A DNA stretch of 64,000 nt from assembly GCA_010909165.1 (NCBI GenBank), contig VJWM01000108.1, positions 496,001-560,000 on the forward strand, given 5' to 3'. The number at the start of each line of letters is the position of its first letter. The first letter of the stretch is position 1. Origin of the DNA: Anthoceros angustus. Its lineage: Eukaryota; Plantae; Anthocerotophyta. The notes under the pieces were generated by a model. That model saw only the letters and a program-made list of their open reading frames with translations. It was not told the origin of the DNA and made no database searches. The translations under genes and the position numbers were made by a program. Below, one piece after another: positions 13,401 through 24,095 of this stretch.

Positions 13401-14020
13401 TCGCTCTCACTGTCCCAGTCGTCCGCCTTGTCGCTGTTGCCGAGCCGCGATTTCCCTTGCTCCCCGAAGAGCTGCTGCTCAGCCAAACCATTCTGCTCGC
13501 TCTCCCAGGGCTGATCCCCGGCTTCGCCCTCCGGCACGCTGCTGGTAGGAGCGGCCCCATGGCCCCCTGAGGAAGCGCTTCGAGACGGACCCGCAGCGGC
13601 AGAGGCACCCAATTGGATGCCTCCAGCTGCTCCGTGCCGCCCAGCCGTGGCTCGAGCCCCCATTCCACCATGCCCATTGGATCCAGCGGCCAGCTGCGGG
13701 CTGCTCCTCGACTCCTGCAGGCTGTCACCGTAGAGCTGGCCATAGAGCAGAATTTCCTCATTCTCCGCCTCCTTGGGGCTGCCATCGAACATGCCGTCAG
13801 GCTGCTCCACAGCGGCCGAGCTTTGGGCCAAGGGAGCCCTGCCGCTGCCGCTACCAGTGCCCGTGCCCGTGGCGGAGCGGGAGGCAGAGGACGAGGAGGG
13901 GCCATACAGCAGAGCATCCTCGTCCTCGTAGGTGGGCTCACTGGAATTCGCAGCCGGCCTGCTCACACCATCCACTCCGAAATCAGTGTAGAGGTTGCCA
14001 AAGTCATCGTCGTCGTCCAT
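7401..14020 (-). CDS. FIP1: FIP1[V]-like pre-mRNA 3'-end processing (CPSF) factor, multi-exon; 3' part affected by a tandem duplication and indels
   Basis: Acidic N-terminus MDDDDDFGNLYTD and DWDSESEDDDFKIVLN; Fip1 motif [38 protein letters not shown] (~12470-12590); RRQRTRDSDAVIQ; R/E/S-rich C-terminal half; terminal RPARKRRWGSD. Confidence 0.92.
7677..9492. repeat. ~900-bp tandem duplication inside FIP1 (copy 1 from ~7677, copy 2 from ~8575)
   Basis: Near-identical copies differing mostly by 1-nt indels; junction at the microhomology ACTCTCTTGCA. Confidence 0.9.
9160..9745 (-). repeat. Coding 12-bp repeat array encoding RES(G/A/V) tetrapeptides in FIP1
   Basis: ORF 9103-10758 reads ...RESGRESARESGRESA... 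Confidence 0.9.
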
Positions 14021-14192
14021 CAGGGCGAAAACGCACCAGGGAATGCAGCAACAACAAGAATCCCACACACCCCGATCGTCCTGCTAGGCTGCCTGCTCCT
14101 GCTTTTTGCTCCTCCCACCCCCTCCTTCTTCTCCTCCTCCTTCCCCTTGCCCCCCCTCTTTTCCTCTTTTCCTTCGCTATAGCATCAAAGGC

Positions 14193-14203
14193 ACCCTAAA
14201 CCC
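14193..14203. promoter_or_regulatory. Telo-box-like motif (ACCCTAAACCC) ~170 bp upstream of the FIP1 ATG
   Basis: Motif match and promoter-like position only. Confidence 0.3.
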
Positions 14204-15307
14204 GCATACACGTTGTAGGTATGTGGTGTGTGCTTTTTATTGGGTTAAAAGAGGATGTCCATCAACCCATCAAAATCACCAAACCAGGGGCGAGTGCAAC
14301 TTAGGATTCAAAAGATAGGATAGGTGGGTACAATCATTCGGAGGATTATATTGGAGGCGGAGTGCCATATCTTTGGGGTTACAGTGAAGGATGAAATCAT
14401 CGCACATATACTTATATGGGCTTATCTAATCTCATTTCTTTTTGAATAAAAATTATCATACTTAGGGTATGTGCAAATGGATGGACTTCTATATAGCATG
14501 AGTATGAAGTCTATTATAATCCACTTGGGCACCATTTTCCCTATCATAGGACTCGGTACACAACAACTTTGAACTATAATGTGCCTAAGCTACTTCCACC
14601 AAGGACATCGACTTCCTTCCAGGTACTCATCTACATACCCATCTAAGCATAGAATGTTTTACTACACCTCATCCGAATACTGATCATATATGGGGCAATG
14701 CCTACGGACTTGGATCAATTTCTCAAGTCCTGTGCCAAATCCTACCACACCCGCAGGCATGGCGCGAGGTTGTCCCTTTCGAGGTTGTCCCTTTCTTATT
14801 TCACAGCTTACTTCAGATAGCGAGTCTCCATTGCCCTTCAAAAGGCCCTCTCCACGGCCATCCTTCACAAGGTGGCGACGGCAAGTGACTCTTTTTCCTC
14901 TTCCTCCGTCATTTGCAAGCCATTTGTTCTTCTTGCATATGATGTTCGACACCGGTGGCTTATCATAGCCGCAAGAATGGGATTGGCCTCCCCCTTTCTT
15001 GTATTGTTGCTTTCTTCCAGCAGAGGGTTTCCATCGCTCTGCAGAGGGTGTTGGCCAACGCGGTGTACAGAACGATAGCGAGTGCGGGAGATGCAACTTC
15101 TTCGACAGCAGTGGTAAGTAGGCCTTTTCACATCCCTCACCACGAAGTTCTTCGGGCGGTTGGTAGTTTTGAAATGCGTGATCGTGGGGGCTAGTCCTCC
15201 TGGCATGGTGCCCATTGTTGGGTTTTTTTTTCCCTTTATTTTTGGGGTGGATGGGTTTTTACCATCTCTTTTTTATAATAAAGTCTTCTTTTCCATATGA
15301 TGTTCTA

Positions 15308-15451
15308 GGAGCAGTAAGTAACTTTAGGTAAGGAACTTAGTCGCTCTTTTTCACCTTGACCCACCTTCATTGTTCCATGGGAGCAGTATGTAACTTTAGG
15401 AAAGGAGCTTAGTCGCTCTTTTTCACCTTGACCCACCTTCATTGTTCCATG
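15308..15451. repeat. 72-bp direct tandem repeat, 2 copies
   Basis: GGAGCAGTA...TTGTTCCATG repeated with a few substitutions. Confidence 0.9.
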
Positions 15452-15819
15452 CTGGATGGATTTTTCCCAATCGATTTTTCCCTCAATAAAACACAATATC
15501 GATCTAAGCACAGAATGTTTAGCAACAATGGTTTTATGAATGTGTATCCACTAGACCTGAGCCATTTGTATTATAGGTAGTAGATGGGTTCATCTTATCC
15601 GTTGTCTTTCCTACCTATCCGTTGTCTTTCCTACCTTTCTAATGGATGAGCATCTAGAGTCAGAATTTACGTACCTAAGAAACTTAGGAATACATACATA
15701 GAATTTGAACACCAAAGCCCCGCTGTGGGAGCCATGAGGGCATCGTGGGCATAGGGGTATGGGGGCATGGCGCATGGAGGATCGCGCCGATATGGGCAGT
15801 GGGCTGCGGAGAGAGGCAA

Positions 15820-17547
15820 GAGTAGTGCTCTCCTGCTCCATGCCTGTATACAATATGAGAGAGTCCTGAACATGCGCATGTTGGGGATATCCTGCGGTCA
15901 TATCACTCCAGGTCACCACATCTTTTGTTGGCAATCTGTCAAACACTTTCCGTCAGCTCCCACACTTCGCATCCAAGACGACTGGCAGTTCCCCAAAACC
16001 ACATCTTCCAGACCCCTCTGCTGAAAATGCAGACCCTTGCGTGCATCTAGTGCTCCAATGCTAGCACAAGCTTTCAAGGGGCATGCAAGTATAACACGGT
16101 CTGATGGGATGCCCTCGCGGTGCGTGCATTAATATAGAGCAAGAGCTTGTCGACCAAGCCCGTGATGAGCATATTCCGCAATCGTCGCGGTGGATCCACA
16201 TCACAACATCTTTCACCGGCAATTAGCTAAAGACTTTGCGAGCCTCCTCTAAGCTCCAGCATTTTGCATACGTGTCCATCAGGCTGCTGCCTACAGCCAG
16301 ATCTGCTTCTATCCTCTGTCCTGGATCTGGGAGGGGAGACGCTGTTCCTGGTGTATAGCACCAACGCTGCAACAGACTTCAAAAGGCACAAAAATGTCTT
16401 TCAAGAGGCACAAAAATGCCACAGCATCGGGTGGGATTAGTCCATCAGCATATGCTGCAAGCATGTATTCCACGTCATCAAAATTTCTTGCAGGCGAAAA
16501 GCTCTGCGACCATCCTGAAGGCTGCCAAACTTTGCATACGTGTCTACCAGATACCTGCTGAGAGCCACATCGCCTCCCAATCTTTTGTTTCCTGTATCTG
16601 AAAATGCAGTTGCTTGCCTTGATGCAAATCTGCGAAGCTGGCACATGCTTTCAGGAGGCATGGAAATGTCACTTCATCTGCCGGATTGATGCGGTCCTGT
16701 TGCATACCTGCAAAGAGATTAAGCGATTCTTGACCAAGCCCATGCTGCACATATGCAGTCGGCATTGCATTCCAGGAGACCACATCTTTTCTGGCCAAAC
16801 TGTCAAGGACCTTACGTGCATCTCTCTTACTGGCATACATATCCACCAGGCATTTGCTAACGAATATGTTGGGTTCAGCTGAAGTGCACAAGACATCAGC
16901 ATGGTCCTACTTGCCTGATGCCAGATCTAGCGAACTGGCACATGCTTTGAGGACTGCCACAGAATTTACAGTCAGTGGGCTGCACTGTCGACTATCTCAT
17001 CTGCCCATACCCCTTGTAGCCTGGCCGGGCTGCCCATGCTCAGCATGGGCACGAAGAATGGAGAGCCAGAGGAAAGCATCGGGATGCCTTCATTCTGGAG
17101 AAGACGCCCATGTTCTCATGCAACATCCAATTGGCAGCATACATGCCGATGCTGTGGTCGGCCAAGAATATGATCGCTTCATATTCATTCTTACGAGTAC
17201 GTGAGCGAGTGAAGCTGTTTGCTGACAGCCAAATTCGCCTGTGCTATGCTCCCGTTGGGCAGGTGATAGCAGGAACATAACATCCTGCATCCACAAGGAT
17301 GTCCACCACTTGAACCATCTCATTGAGCTCGCAGAGGTGTGTGTCCCACTGCACAGAGTGCTCCATACCGGCAAGACTGATATTTCCTGTTCCACTACTG
17401 TAAAGAAGAGTCCCGTGCCCCCCTTGTTTGCCCTCACCTCTGCCTCCAGCTTTGCACCATCTCTCCTGGACGCTGTGCGCGATGATGGGTTTGATTCCGA
17501 GCAGCCGCGACGGCAAGAAAGGAAAGACAGTGTGAAACAGACGGCAT
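15820..17547 (-). pseudogene. Degenerate PLS-class PPR pseudogene
   Basis: PPR motif fragments in shifting frames (LVDMYAS..DARKVLDSLARKDVVSWNAM; LVDTYAKFGSLQDGRRAF; FDRLPTKDVVTWSDMTAGY) with many stops and frameshifts; no E or DYW region. Confidence 0.85.
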
Positions 17548-17755
17548 AAAAGAACTGGAATTCCTTCAGCTCCTTCTCGGAATTTCAGCCCATCAGGGGA
17601 ATGGTAACGCTGGGTCGTTGTAAAGTCTGCATAGCGTCACATTGCAGAGGCACATTCTAGGCACCACTATTTTGTCAGGTAGTTCCACCAGGTATGCAGT
17701 ATGGGTTTAATCACACGTTCCACGCACGGGCCAGCGCAAAACTGCAAACTGCTGC

Positions 17756-19789
17756 ATGCATATAGAGGATCACATCAGCGACGATTTGAGCGTCGAAGGT
17801 CCAAGCTTCTTATGCCTCCTCTCCGCGGATTTCTTTAACATGTTGCTACCATATAGTCCAGGTACATTTTCTGAATGCACTCAACCTTGCAGAGAGTACC
17901 AAGCCGATATGCAGGCAGAAGGATGGAGCGAAATCCAGCTGGATGCGCGGTTGAACTTTCTGGTGCATCAAGGATTCTATGTCCCCATATCTCTCTTTTA
18001 CCAACTCCTAAGGCGATCCTTGGCAAGGAGGGACCCATATGCTGGCCAAGCTATTCATGATCTGGTGTTTAGAAGTGGGTATGCCTCAAACAGATTTTTG
18101 GCCAACCACATCATCTGCATGTATGCTTCTCACGGGAAATTGCAGGAAGCCTCGCAGGTCTTCACCGAAATGGTTGTTCCAGATGTCTATATTTGGTCGT
18201 CCATTATCTTGGCTCATGCTGAACATGGTCAGCCTAAGGAGGCAATAATGCTGTATTGGAAGATGCGGCAGTCCATGGTGATGCCAGACAACCACACATT
18301 TGTGGCAGTCCTGAAGGCTTGTATCTGCACAGCAGATTTGACATCATCCCGGCATGTTCATGCTGATATTCTGATGAGTGGAACCAAGCCTGACCTATAT
18401 CTTGGCAGCTGCCTGGTGGACATGTATGGGAAATGTGGGAGCCTAGACGATGCCCGCAGGGTATTTGACAGTTTGGCGTCAAAAGATGTGGTCATATGGA
18501 CCACCATGCTTGCAGGATACACTCAGCACGGGCTTGGTCAAGAAGCCCTGGCTCTTCATGCTTGTATGGAGCAGGAGGGCATTCTTGTGGCTGATCGTGT
18601 CACATTTATTTGCCTCCTGAAGGCATGTGCTGATGTTGGAGCATCACATTATGGAAAGCGGATTCATGCCCGGGTTCAGGAAGAAGGACTGGAGGCTGAT
18701 GTAGTTGTCGGAAGCTGCCTGGTGGACATGTATGCTAAATGTGGGAGCTTAAGTGATGCCCGCAGTGTGTTTGATGGCATGGCCTCAAAGAATGTAGTCA
18801 CTTGGAACGCCATGCTTTCAGGATATGCTGAGGGTGGGCTTGGTCAGGAAGCCATAAGTCTCTACGCGAGTATGCAACAGGAGGGAAATGGAGCAGCAGC
18901 GGATAATGTGACGTTTGTGTGCCTGCTGAGAGCATGTGCCAGTGTCGGAGCTTTTCATGCAGGCAAGAAAATTCATTCCCACATACTAGAAAGAGGACTA
19001 GACGCTGATGCAGTTCTGGGCAGCTCACTGGTGGATATGTACTCTAAATGTGGGAACTTGGATGATGCTCACCGTGCCTTTCAAAGTTTGGCTGAGAAAA
19101 ATGTTGTTACTTGGACTGCCATGATCGCTGCCTATGGTCAGCATGGGCTTGGTGAAGAGGCGCAGTTATGTTACGAGGAAATGCGCCTGGCAGGTGTGAA
19201 ACCAAATGAAGTCACCTTTCTTGCACTCCTTTCTGCATGCAGCCATGCTGGACTAGTGGACAAGGGCTTTGGGTTTTTTCATTCTATGAGCAGCGAGTAT
19301 GATCTGGCTCCTGGTCTTGAGCACTATGGGACCATGATAGACCTCTTGGGTCGTGCAGGATCTTTCTCGGTTATTGAAAGGTTGTTGTCAACAATGCCAA
19401 TGCAGCCCAATCTTTCTATTTGGTTGTGTGTTTTGAGCTCCTGCCGGAAACATGGTAATGTACTGCTGGGAGAGTTTGCTTTTGATTGTGCACTACGTCT
19501 ACGTCCAAACCACCCTTCAGCATATGCATTGATGTTACACATCTATTCTGATGCTGGGCTTGTGGATCAAGCACAGAAGGTGGAGAGGTTGAAAGATGCA
19601 CAGTGTTTCAAGAAGGAACCTGGCCGTAGCTGGATTGAGCATGAGTGGGGAAGTGAGAGTTTTGTGATGGGAGACTGCAAGCACGCACAACGTGAACCAT
19701 TGCATCATTTGTTAAAACAGCTGGCCAAGGTGATCTCGAGGCTCAATATGGCTGAACAACATGTTGGAGAGGCCAAAGGGGGATTGTAG
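17756..19789 (+). CDS. Intronless PLS-class pentatricopeptide repeat protein, E+ subclass (RNA-editing specificity factor without a complete DYW deaminase)
   Basis: 677-aa ORF with P-L-S triplets (LVDMYAKCGSLSDARSVFDGM..KNVVTWNAM), P2-L2-S2, E1/E2 and PG box KKEPGRSWIE. It ends before any HxE/CxxC motif. The true start Met is uncertain. Confidence 0.93.
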   Translation: MHIEDHISDDLSVEGPSFLCLLSADFFNMLLPYSPGTFSECTQPCREYQADMQAEGWSEIQLDARLNFLVHQGFYVPISLFYQLLRRSLARRDPYAGQAIHDLVFRSGYASNRFLANHIICMYASHGKLQEASQVFTEMVVPDVYIWSSIILAHAEHGQPKEAIMLYWKMRQSMVMPDNHTFVAVLKACICTADLTSSRHVHADILMSGTKPDLYLGSCLVDMYGKCGSLDDARRVFDSLASKDVVIWTTMLAGYTQHGLGQEALALHACMEQEGILVADRVTFICLLKACADVGASHYGKRIHARVQEEGLEADVVVGSCLVDMYAKCGSLSDARSVFDGMASKNVVTWNAMLSGYAEGGLGQEAISLYASMQQEGNGAAADNVTFVCLLRACASVGAFHAGKKIHSHILERGLDADAVLGSSLVDMYSKCGNLDDAHRAFQSLAEKNVVTWTAMIAAYGQHGLGEEAQLCYEEMRLAGVKPNEVTFLALLSACSHAGLVDKGFGFFHSMSSEYDLAPGLEHYGTMIDLLGRAGSFSVIERLLSTMPMQPNLSIWLCVLSSCRKHGNVLLGEFAFDCALRLRPNHPSAYALMLHIYSDAGLVDQAQKVERLKDAQCFKKEPGRSWIEHEWGSESFVMGDCKHAQREPLHHLLKQLAKVISRLNMAEQHVGEAKGGL

Positions 19790-20481
19790 ACAACTATGTT
19801 AATCTTTCTCAGAATGCTTCAAGGCAGGGAAGCTCCACCAGGGCATACATGTATGAGCAGTGCATAATCCGAAAAGGTAGCAAATGGTGGACCCCTAGCT
19901 CGTGGTGAGGGTCAGGACTCCTGGACCAGGTCGTACTTCAGTTGTTCACTGATGGCTTGTCAAGTGTGCCTGGCAGCTGCCAGAGTAGCAGTATGGCAAC
20001 GATGTATTGCGAGACATGAAACCGTGCGAGGCTGGCCTGCAGCGTTGTTGTTCTGACAAGGTGTGTATGAATCAAGCCATACTCTGTTTCCACATCAGTT
20101 CTTAGTTGATAAGAAGCCTGGGAAATTTCGCGCTTATTAAAGCATGCAACAAAGCTGCTTCGCTTCCATGTTGTAAAACCCTGCTGCTGATGTAGATGCT
20201 TTAAGAACAACTTTTGGGCTCCGAATCGGGGAGATGTGTTATGTATTTGGCTGTGACAGGCATGTGGCTTGGCTTATGGAACTTCATGAGGCCCCAGACT
20301 GCACCATCTTCGTCAGGTCGGTAAATGGGTAAGTGACTTGCCAAGAATCATCATTTTTTGGCATCTGCCAATACCATACATCCTCCATGTCGTTGTGGCA
20401 ACATGACCCTTGTGCTCTCCCATTTTAAGGTCTTGGTTGCACGCTCTTCATACCGAGTACACACCTGGGCTGGACATCCTC

Positions 20482-22284
20482 TCAAGAATGATAATACGGA
20501 TGTGTGTTTGCCCGAATTTCGGCATTCCTTTTCATCTCCTTAAGAAGTTGAGTCATTCTGAATTCCCAGACAAAATTGCTTGGTTAGTGTCACACGGGAC
20601 GCATGGAATCTTGCATTGAGTTAAAGCAAAGTTGTAGCACATCCAGACCTGCTAGCGATAAGGAATGAGATTGTTGGCTTGTAGTGGCGCATGTCCATCT
20701 TGGGTCTGCGCAGCAAGAGACAAGAAGTCACCTGATGAGCTGCAGCTGCAGCTGATTGACATGGAGGGACTGGACTGGACTGGACATGGAGGGACTGGAC
20801 GAACTACTACCAACACTTAGCTCAGAAGGAATCATAGGTACACGAGTTTTGGTTCACCTGCTCTGGAGGCAGCGGCCACCAGCCTTGGGGCACAACGATT
20901 CCAAACATCCAGAAACGTCTGAGCTGGTGGTTGCTGCGCTTGCACGACACCTACCTGCATCGCCTGACCCTACGGACACTTGCATTCCTGGCCTTCCCGC
21001 GACGTGTACCTGTGACAAGAAAATGCATCCGTGGGCTTGGCCTAACAGGAATGGTGTGGTGGCACTCATCAGACTTGCAAGCAATGTAAATGCTGGTCAC
21101 GAAATCATGTGTGGACGAGAAAACCTTTAGTCCATTCGCTCCACTCGTGGTTGCTGCGCATCCGGTGTCATAGGATCTGCAGACATGGGGACAAAGATGG
21201 TGTCACATGTGAGGACAAGAGCTGCCGGCCCCCAACACATCATTTGAAGCAAGAGAGCTTTAGAGTGAGAGGGAGGAAAGGTTAATAGGCAAGTTCAAAA
21301 GGTGGACCTCTGCTGATTCCCAGCAACACAGTGGGAATGTGGGCGTGAGGAAGTTGTGGGCCTGCTGTGGCCGATGGGATTGGATTTTGATCTGCAACTT
21401 CCGGCTAATTTGCACCCAGTGGCGGCAGATGGGGTCTCAATGGTAACCCTAGTCGGCTGTCCTCTTGCAAGTGCACAGCCGGAATCAGCAGCACCACCTG
21501 AAAACACAAGCTCAGTTCCTTGTGGCCTCCCGAACACCACCTTAGTCGGAGACGATGGTGCAGATCTGCAACCAGATTCACCACCAATGACCAACTGAGT
21601 GGCTCGGCTGCCAGAAGCAGCCTTGCAACCCGACCCATGCCCATCATTCCCACCACTAGATATCACCAAGCTAGGTGCGGTGCAGTCCGACTGGATTATG
21701 AGCTGGTTGTCCGACCCTCCACGATTTACAACCTTGCACTCTTCCCCTCCTTTGATGATCAAATGGGTGGGACTTACAGAGGCGAGTGCACAACCCTGGC
21801 CTGCGCCGTTGGTCACCAGCAGCTGGTTCCCAGACCCAGCCCGCTGGTGGCCGTCATTGCTTGCGAGAGAGATGACGAGGCCCTGTGGAGGAACATGCAA
21901 CGTTCTCTGCTGCGGGCCCGGGCTGCTGCAACACCTGCTCACCTCCGGCGTGCCGGATCTTTCATGACCATCTCCGGATCTCCCACCGTGAACCCGACAC
22001 TCCGGCGGGTGCCAACCCACGTCCTGCCCGCTCGTGCTACGAGCCTGTGTTGCACTTCCCGGTGCTATCTTGATGGAAAAGGGCCCGTTGGAGTGCAATT
22101 CCTGCAGGCATTGTCTAAGCCCCTGCTGCTGCTGCTGCTGTACAGCCTCCTTCACGATGCAAGCCTTGCTCTTGCCTGGAAACGAGACTTTCAATGTGCT
22201 AGAGCCCATATTTATGGTGACATTTGGCTCTGGTGCAAGGTGGCTCGCATGCGAACGCTCCAGAGGGCTCGGGTTCTTACACAT
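20482..22284 (-). CDS. Hypothetical ~437-aa Gly/Ser/Cys-rich repeat protein, 5 exons (22284-21308, 21176-21125, 21009-20858, 20705-20649, 20557-20482)
   Basis: The 329-aa ORF extends through four phase-compatible GT-AG introns to ...RPKMDMRHYKPTISFLIASRMTQLLKEMKRNAEIRANTHPYYHS*. The same strand-turn motif style continues across the exon junctions. Confidence 0.65.
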
Positions 22285-22400
22285 CTTTGTTTCTCAGTTC
22301 AGTGCCAAAGATCCAGAACGATGCACTCCTGTCAGTCCTACATGTGTCCAAATTCCACACACAAAGCTAGCGCTAAGGCCTACTGGGGCCTGTACATGTC

Positions 22401-22796
22401 TCAAGCACCGGCTTCATCCTCTTCAGATATCCCAACCTTTCAAAATCCTAGAAACGTTAATCTGATAAGATTGGGATTGACCTCCAACTGCCCTACCTCC
22501 TTGGCCAGCTTTTCCCTGCGCTCAGTAATGCTCCTGGCAAGCATTGTGTTGTAATTACCTGCAGGCAGAGAAAACAAAGAATCTTCGAACCATCAGTCGT
22601 AGCTTGTGGCCCAGTCCAGCCGGCAGGATAGCATGCACAATCTACGTTATGTGTTACAAGTATGCAAAGCGAGTTGCACTAGCAGTACAAGTTAGTCTTG
22701 GAGACCTGACACAAAGAGTTGCTTGTTGCGCTGCTCAAAGTCGTTCCAAACTCGCTCGTCCCAGAGCTTGTCCAAGGTGAATCGAAGGGTTGTCAT
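22401..22796 (-). CDS. Putative spliced small ORF, ~62 aa (exons 22796-22706, 22558-22497, 22436-22401)
   Basis: MTTLRFTLDKLWDERVWNDFEQRNKQLFVS|GNYNTMLARSITERREKLAKE|VGISEEDEAGA*. The first intron has a clear pyrimidine tract and CAG; the second (60 nt) is less certain. Confidence 0.4.
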
Positions 22797-22992
22797 CTTC
22801 TTGTTCCACAGCCTTGCTATGAAGGCTAGGGTATTATTGGTATAGCGCCGGCGGGCAGGCCTAGGCAATGTATCTGTGAGCTTCTTGTTCCCAAAGTTTT
22901 TAGTAGAATTTCACCGATACATAGGTTCTGCGACTTGCAAGCACATGTAGCATGAGAGCATGCAAAGCATGGAGGCGCTGGAGGAGAATGAG

Positions 22993-23108
22993 CTCCTGCT
23001 CCTGCTCCTACTCCTGCTCCTGCTCCTGCTCCTGCTTCTGCTCCTGCTCCTGCTCCTTCTTCTGCTCTTGCTCCTGCTTCTGCTTCTGCTTCTGCTCCTG
23101 CGCCTGCT
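22993..23108. repeat. (CTCCTG)n hexanucleotide microsatellite
   Basis: Directly visible; it produces the spurious poly-L, SR and QE ORFs. Confidence 0.95.
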
Positions 23109-24095
23109 CATGAGATGTAAACACACACGAGGACTGAACCTTAGAGGTCTCGAGGGAGCAGGGGTGACAAAGCACCAAACTGCTTCTCCCGCACAACCTA
23201 CAGATATCCTGGCAACATGGCGGGCCGGGGCTGCTAACCTCGCAGGTTTGTCAGGTGGGCCGGCTGGTTATGCAGCCGGCAGCAGCCTAACGTCCAACCG
23301 CCACGCCCCGTGAAAGTTGAAACTCCTCCACGCCACTACCTAGCTAGCTAGCTAGGTATTTGATTTTTCTCCCATTTATAATTTTATTTTCTGATATTCA
23401 TCTTATGATGTCTTTACCACTTATAACAGTAGGTATATGTATGGGCATAATTTTAATACGTAAATGCATAGGCATTATTTTATACCTATAGGTAGATAAT
23501 ATATTAGAATATAGGTAAGTATTATTTACTTCACAAATTCCAAAATGGATGGAGGGTCTTTATTGGATTGAAAAGAATACATCCACCCATAGAAATAAGG
23601 AAACAAGAAACAAACTACAAGGAAGTTTAGACTTTATTCATGATTCCATATATCCATTATGTCATACTTGAATCTAATGTATTTATCTACAACTCTTTTT
23701 CTTGAGACATAGCTAGAAATAAGAAGCACTAAAGAAAAAGCTAGTGTATTGAGAAATTCTTAGTTTTTTTTTTAGAGTCAGATCATAACAGGTCATATGA
23801 GCTTAGATCACATATTAAGACTGTGACCTATAGTTTTGAGTGATTTGTGTGTGGTAACCACTTTCTTATAGGTATAATGTATGAGACTATGTAATCTAAT
23901 TTCGTACCAAAACTAGATAACGAATGTCAAAAAACGACTTTCACCAATTTATGTCATACACTTTCATGTAATTTGAAAAACATGAGATTTCATATCGAAC
24001 AAACATGAATTTTGTAAACAAATAAAACCTTAAACGGGTGTTGAATTACGTGTTTAATCAACATTGGGAGGTGCATTTAAAACATAAAAATATCT

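Noticed and set aside
14058-14203. Telomerase RNA candidate (TCCCAC plus CCCTAAACCC)
   Set aside because: No proper USE-TATA spacing; it lies in the FIP1 5'/promoter region and is better explained as a telo-box.
14662-15215. Overlapping 70-140 aa ORFs
   Set aside because: No domain motifs or consistent splice structure; possibly old TE debris but unsupported.
21520-22554. 344-aa plus-strand ORF
   Set aside because: Antisense shadow of the minus-strand repeat gene, which has coherent motifs and splicing.
22911-23313. SR-repeat, poly-Leu and QE ORFs
   Set aside because: Translations of the (CTCCTG)n microsatellite.
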